Source: Spirochaetaceae bacterium (lineage in GTDB: Bacteria > Spirochaetota > Spirochaetia > DSM-2461). From it: a stretch of DNA of 64,000 nucleotides. This document shows, piece by piece, positions 59,168 to 64,000 of the stretch. The notes below the pieces were generated by a model that did no database searches, was not told the origin of the DNA, and saw only the letters and a list, made by a program, of their open reading frames with translations. Every line of letters starts with the position of its first letter. Position 1 is the stretch's first letter. The stretch lies in assembly GCA_051531975.1 (NCBI GenBank), contig JAOPTT010000003.1, positions 32,001 through 96,000 on the forward strand, in the 5' to 3' direction. Made by a program: the position numbers and the translations under genes.

Positions 59168-60568
59168 ATGAGATTAAAAATATTAATATTACTTCTTTTG
59201 ATACTGTCATTTAATAAAGTCTTTGCTCACCCACATATTTATATAAACTACAAAATAGAAATTATTGATGATAACTTTGCAATGATACGCTGGACATTTG
59301 ACCCACTAACATCAGAAAGGAATATTTATACTTTCGATAATAACTCTGATGGAATCTTTGACCGGAGTGAGTCTGAATTATTATATGATGAAGGGTTTAA
59401 AAGTGTTGCAGATTATGGATACTTTATTAGGTTAAGTGTTGGAGATGTAAGCTTTAAAGTAGCTTCTATCTCAAGTTTTTCAGTTAATATTAATAGTGAC
59501 AGAACCTTAACTTACTCTTTTAAAATAGCTCTTCCAAAATTTGTTGATAGTGATCTCTTAACAATTACACATTTTGATACATCATACTTTATCGCTTTTA
59601 AAGAACCGACAGAAGAGAACATTAGTTTTAATAGTCCGCTATATTTTAAAATAGCAAAAAATATAACAAGGCCTTACTACTATGACCCAGCAGCTCCTGC
59701 AGATATAAATCTTGATACTTCAAAACCACAACCAGGATGGCTAAAAGCCTACCCAACAGAAGTAATTATTAGTAAGGAACCAATATCAAAATCCGTAGGG
59801 GATAACAGAGTAACACTTAAGGAAAAACTAATAGAGATTCAGAGGGATGTATACCTAAAGTTATCTAACTATTTAGTCCAAATCAAAAACAAAACATCTA
59901 TTACTATAATTGCTTTAATCCTTCTACTATCGTTTATATACGGCATCGTTCATGCACTAGGGCCTGGGCATAGAAAGGTCGTAATCTCGTCCTACCTGTT
60001 AGCTACAAAAAAAACTACTATTAAAGAGGGTGTTTTCATAAGTATGTTATCGGCTTTAATACACTCAGGGTCAGGGGTTTTACTTATAATTATTTTAACT
60101 AAACTATTCTCTAAAGTTCAACCAAACCTTATTAATAGTTTTACTTTATCCCTTCAAGCTATTAGCTACATCCTACTTCTTATTTTAAGTATCGTATTAT
60201 TAATGATGAAGATTATTAGACTAAAGTCATCAAACAAGGTTCAGGAATCTAAAAGTAGCCTCTGGTTAATATTTATCACAAGCTTCTTCCCCTGCCCTGG
60301 AGCAATAACTATTATGCTTTTTTCCATAACTATAAATATGATTGGGATAGGTATACTTACAGTTCTTGGTATGTCTTTAGGTATAGGAATTACCCTATCT
60401 ATTATTTCTATAATAACCGTTAAGAGTAAAGAAATTTTGACACTTGGGAAAAATAAAGCTTTTATATTTCTAAATAAATATACCCAGTGGTTTGGTTTAA
60501 TTATACTTCTAATATTCTCGGTTTTTATGGTTTGGTCTGGAAGCTACTTCGAAGTAAACTCCCTATAA
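59168..60568 (+). CDS. DUF1007-like periplasmic domain fused to RcnA/NiCoT-like Ni/Co transporter
   Basis: Signal peptide ending VFA-HPH, then WTFD and FDTSYF, followed by YGIVHALGPGHRK, HSGSG, PCPGA and MSLGIGIT. Confidence 0.8.
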   Translation: MRLKILILLLLILSFNKVFAHPHIYINYKIEIIDDNFAMIRWTFDPLTSERNIYTFDNNSDGIFDRSESELLYDEGFKSVADYGYFIRLSVGDVSFKVASISSFSVNINSDRTLTYSFKIALPKFVDSDLLTITHFDTSYFIAFKEPTEENISFNSPLYFKIAKNITRPYYYDPAAPADINLDTSKPQPGWLKAYPTEVIISKEPISKSVGDNRVTLKEKLIEIQRDVYLKLSNYLVQIKNKTSITIIALILLLSFIYGIVHALGPGHRKVVISSYLLATKKTTIKEGVFISMLSALIHSGSGVLLIIILTKLFSKVQPNLINSFTLSLQAISYILLLILSIVLLMMKIIRLKSSNKVQESKSSLWLIFITSFFPCPGAITIMLFSITINMIGIGILTVLGMSLGIGITLSIISIITVKSKEILTLGKNKAFIFLNKYTQWFGLIILLIFSVFMVWSGSYFEVNSL

Positions 60569-60621
60569 TTATTAGTTTTAATGCAATCTTTTATGAGCTA
60601 TAATTGATATTAAGAACATAC

Positions 60622-60933
60622 CTACGAATTATGATTTACCAGTATATGAGTATTTTGTAGGAGCTCTTTTGATCTTCTTATTTTTGCATCTTTTATATAC
60701 ACAGATAATTTTATTCCAGTTAATAATTTATATCTTCTAGATAGATATGGGGAGTTAAAATAAAACTCATCAGCTATTTTTGTTACAGATAGATCACTAG
60801 CTATGTTTTCAGAAATATATTTATTAATTCTAAATATGAGGTTCCTGTTTTCATTTGCTTTATCTAGTCTTAATCCATAACTTATTTTTCTATTAAGTTT
60901 AGGGTAAAATAGTTCTGTTTTATCTTTATTCAT
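60622..60933 (-). pseudogene. Truncated AraC-type HTH fragment
   Basis: YISENIASDLSV..IAD.FYFNSPYLSR. It stops before the second HTH and has no sensing domain. Confidence 0.6.
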
Positions 60934-60967
60934 AACTCCCCATACATCTTATTATTTTCATTTATCT

Positions 60968-62095
60968 TTATTCATATCTATTAACAACTTTAGGGATATT
61001 GCCATTTCTAATGGATTCTGTTGCCATAACACCAGCTGCAACTGCATTTCTAGCAGCAATAGGAGATGTATTTGGTTCTTTATTAAAACGGATGTAATCA
61101 ATAAATCGATTTACAATTTCCACATCAGCAACTTCATGTCCCGCTTCATTACCATTAAGGTTATAAATAATATCTGGCTGACCAAAGACATCTGTTCTTT
61201 TAGTATAAACTTCTACAGTACTATTCCCTGAATCTCCTCTGTTTTCTATCCGACCTTTAGTTCCTATAAAAGTATAACTTCTCCAGGCATCAGGAGCGTA
61301 ATGACACTGTGTATAAGAGGCCTGAACACCATTATCAAGCTGCATTAAAATCATATTATGATCTTCCACGTCTATAACTAGGGAGAGGTTATCCTGTTTT
61401 TCTGCAGGCCATATATCCGGTCTAAAGCTAGCAACACCCCGCTCATCGGCATTTCTTCTTTTACACTTATCATAAACACTAAGTTTTCCCATTCCTACTA
61501 CAGATTCAGTATAACCACCTGCAAGCCAATGTATAACATCAATATCATGTGCTCCTTTCTGTAAAAGTAGACCTGTTGTATTTTTTTGTTCTGAGTGCCA
61601 ATCTTTAAAATAAGCATCCCCTCCATATGATATAAAGTGCCTGCACCATACAGCTTGAATTTCTCCTATTGTTCCTTCATCAATTATTTTTTTCATTGTT
61701 AAAATAGAGTCCATATGCCTCATATTGTGCCCAAGGTATAGTTTTTGTCCTGTTTTTTTTACAGTATCAAGAATACGATCACAACCCTCTATTGTTATTG
61801 CCATTGGTTTCTCTAGAAATACATCCTTACCTGCTTCTAAAGATGCAATTGCATGTTCCTCATGTAAATTGTCCGGACTACATATCATGACCGCATCTAT
61901 ATCTTTTGATTTTAGAAGAATTCTATAATCTTCATACAGATCTGCATCTGGATATTTTTCAGAAAAGTTATCCCGGGCATCCTTATAAGGATCAGCTCCT
62001 GCAGTAACAAAAACATTTAATTCAGGATTATGAGCGTGTTTTGAGATATCACTTCTTAATCCGATACCGATTATTCCAATTTTAATTTCTTTCAT
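60968..62095 (-). CDS. Gfo/Idh/MocA family oxidoreductase
   Basis: IGIIGIG, LEKPMA, GHNMRH and GLLLQKGAHDID. Start placed at ATG 62095, after GGAG. Confidence 0.9.
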   Translation of the reverse strand: MKEIKIGIIGIGLRSDISKHAHNPELNVFVTAGADPYKDARDNFSEKYPDADLYEDYRILLKSKDIDAVMICSPDNLHEEHAIASLEAGKDVFLEKPMAITIEGCDRILDTVKKTGQKLYLGHNMRHMDSILTMKKIIDEGTIGEIQAVWCRHFISYGGDAYFKDWHSEQKNTTGLLLQKGAHDIDVIHWLAGGYTESVVGMGKLSVYDKCKRRNADERGVASFRPDIWPAEKQDNLSLVIDVEDHNMILMQLDNGVQASYTQCHYAPDAWRSYTFIGTKGRIENRGDSGNSTVEVYTKRTDVFGQPDIIYNLNGNEAGHEVADVEIVNRFIDYIRFNKEPNTSPIAARNAVAAGVMATESIRNGNIPKVVNRYE

Positions 62096-62235
62096 TTTGT
62101 TCTCCGATATAATTAAAATTACTACAGTATTTCCAATATACAAATGACATATAGTGTATAAATTTTAACAATAAGTGTATTTATAATTTAGAGATAATCA
62201 TTTGGGAATATTAAAATATAGGAACAATACTAAAT

Positions 62236-63051
62236 TTATTTTATTTTAAAAAGTTCAATTCTCATTTCTCTAGGACTTTTACCTGTTTCAATTTTAAATT
62301 GCCTTGAAAATTGGTAAATATCAGACCACCCTACTAAATCCCCAATTTCTCCAATTGATAACCGGCTGTTATAAAGATGATACAGAGCAGCTTCTATCCG
62401 TATGGATCTGAGTTGGGACATAATTGTTTCACCAAACTCTTTTTTGAACAAGGAACAGAGGTAAGGAGCTGATAAGTTAGCAATTTGTGCAAGAGATTCT
62501 AATGTTATTTTCTCATTATAATGTTCTTGTAGATATCTACGAATATCTAACATTGGGTTATTTTCCAACAAATTATTTTCTATATTAGTATTTCTATTTG
62601 TTATTTTAACAATTGATTTTATTAAACTCTCTATTATTGATTTATCAGTAAAATTATTTACCATTTCTTTATATAAAAGCTCTAACCAAGGAATTATTTC
62701 AAACATTGAACAGGATTGTGGGATACCTGGTGTTATTTTTAGATTTTGAAAAATACACTCAGCTATATTACCACTTAGATGTATCCAGCTGTGTATCCAT
62801 GTATCGTATTCAGAGTGATAATAGTGCCCCATATCTGGTTTCCAGTATATAACAGATGATTCTGCAATATAATACTTATCTGAAGGAACCCCTGAAGACA
62901 TGGACTGATGAAAAAACATTATAAGTATATCACCAGTTCCCACAGGTCTATCAATAGTAGAATAGTTCATTTCCTCTTTGATTCCGATACCATTAATTTG
63001 TAAATCATTATTAGATTCTTCTTTAGAGAACCACTTCTTCAAATTCTTCAT
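62236..63051 (-). CDS. AraC family regulator
   Basis: Cupin-like N-domain (HYY, WIHSWIH) and a double HTH (LSAPYLCSLFKK...VGWSDIYQFSRQFK). Confidence 0.9.
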   Translation of the reverse strand: MKNLKKWFSKEESNNDLQINGIGIKEEMNYSTIDRPVGTGDILIMFFHQSMSSGVPSDKYYIAESSVIYWKPDMGHYYHSEYDTWIHSWIHLSGNIAECIFQNLKITPGIPQSCSMFEIIPWLELLYKEMVNNFTDKSIIESLIKSIVKITNRNTNIENNLLENNPMLDIRRYLQEHYNEKITLESLAQIANLSAPYLCSLFKKEFGETIMSQLRSIRIEAALYHLYNSRLSIGEIGDLVGWSDIYQFSRQFKIETGKSPREMRIELFKIK

Positions 63052-63141
63052 AATATTAATATATAACAAAAATTAGTAACAAAAGCCATTTAATTTATCA
63101 CTTTGTAGCAATATTATATAAAAAAGATTAAGGAGATTATT

Positions 63142-64000
63142 ATGTTTAAACCACTTCAACACTCTCTAAGTACATTATCCCTTTTAACCGATGCACAAAG
63201 TAGATCTATTTGTGGAGAAAATAGAACTGGGGAAATCGCTGGAGGTGCTCGAGAACACTGCCCTCAAGACGATAATGGGAACCCAATAGGAGATGCCAGA
63301 GAATTAGGTCAGGGCTGGAAAGTACATCCAAGTGACATTATCCCTCCTGGGGAAGTTTTTGAATTAGCAAATATTGAGGGCCCTGGTTGTATTAACCACA
63401 TATGGATGGTTCCTACAGGGAGATATCGATCATCTATTCTTAGAGTATATTATGATGGTAATGATTTCCCATCAATTGAAGTACCTGTCGGTGACTTTTT
63501 CGCCAGTGCATATACAAGTGTTGAGGATTTTGCACAAGTTAACTCACTACCAGTATGTGTTAATCCAGGCAGTGCATTTAATTGTTACTGGCCAATACCT
63601 TTTAAGAAAAATCTTAGAATGACTTTAGAAAATAGAGATTACGAAGATGTAGTTCTTTATTACCAAATAGATTATACACTCCAGACGCTTCCAGAGAATA
63701 CAGCATACTTTCATGCCCAGTTTAGAAGGATTAATCCTCTACCTTATGGTGATGTTTATACAATACTAGATGGTGTTGAAGGCCAAGGACATTATGTAGG
63801 GACCTACATGGCATGGCAAGTTAATAACAATATTTGGTGGGGAGAAGGTGAAATAAAGTTCTATATAGATGGCGATGCGAATCCAGAAATATCCGGTGGA
63901 AAGATAGTGGCAGGGTCAACAGGTTTCCCAACTATTTGTGGAACAGGAACAGAAGATTATTTCTGTGGATCATATAACTATGAAAATCAGCGAGAAAATA
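63142..64000 (+). CDS. DUF2961 / GH172-like glycoside hydrolase (3'-truncated by window edge; absent from ORF track)
   Basis: AAGGAG RBS and ATG 63142. The hand translation contains RSICGEN, GQGWKV, GPGCINHIW, EVPVGDFF, NCYWPIPF, YFHAQF, WWGEGE and GTGTEDYF. Confidence 0.88.
   Translation, partial: MFKPLQHSLSTLSLLTDAQSRSICGENRTGEIAGGAREHCPQDDNGNPIGDARELGQGWKVHPSDIIPPGEVFELANIEGPGCINHIWMVPTGRYRSSILRVYYDGNDFPSIEVPVGDFFASAYTSVEDFAQVNSLPVCVNPGSAFNCYWPIPFKKNLRMTLENRDYEDVVLYYQIDYTLQTLPENTAYFHAQFRRINPLPYGDVYTILDGVEGQGHYVGTYMAWQVNNNIWWGEGEIKFYIDGDANPEISGGKIVAGSTGFPTICGTGTEDYFCGSYNYENQREN

Noticed and set aside
63374..63622. 82-aa plus-strand ORF
   Set aside because: It is out of frame within the DUF2961/GH172-like gene starting at 63142.

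Overview
AT-rich bacterial chromosomal window, probably from a free-living spirochaete. This is an inference from the spirochaete-style signal peptides ('VFASG' on the sugar-binding protein, an 'FSC' lipobox) and a giant exported protein ending in a FlgD-Ig-like domain. Housekeeping and metabolic genes include an ABC-2 exporter, a class III nucleotide cyclase, pepD, nagA, aroA, ltaE, a ROK kinase and regulator, and a cpdB-like nucleotidase. The window also holds a 16.6-kb gene for a ~5,550-aa repetitive surface protein followed directly by a GT2 gene, and an accessory-looking right half (sugar ABC operon, AraC regulators, WYL module, sulfatase, GH172-like gene). The strongest candidate for an undescribed system is at 40003-47882. 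A soluble histidine kinase whose N-terminus is a degenerate sugar-ABC ATPase domain is paired with a sigma54 activator. Both lie directly upstream of a consensus sigma54 promoter for an RbsB/RbsA/RbsC-like importer and an unknown enzyme. Other notable signals are a 4 x 42-bp hairpin array forming the aroA leader, an orphan attC-like site next to a peptidase remnant, a WYL-type operator/promoter, two ROK-like operators, and a DUF1007-RcnA fusion. No rRNA, tRNA, CRISPR array or intact transposase was recognised. All family assignments come from motif recognition by eye, not database searches.
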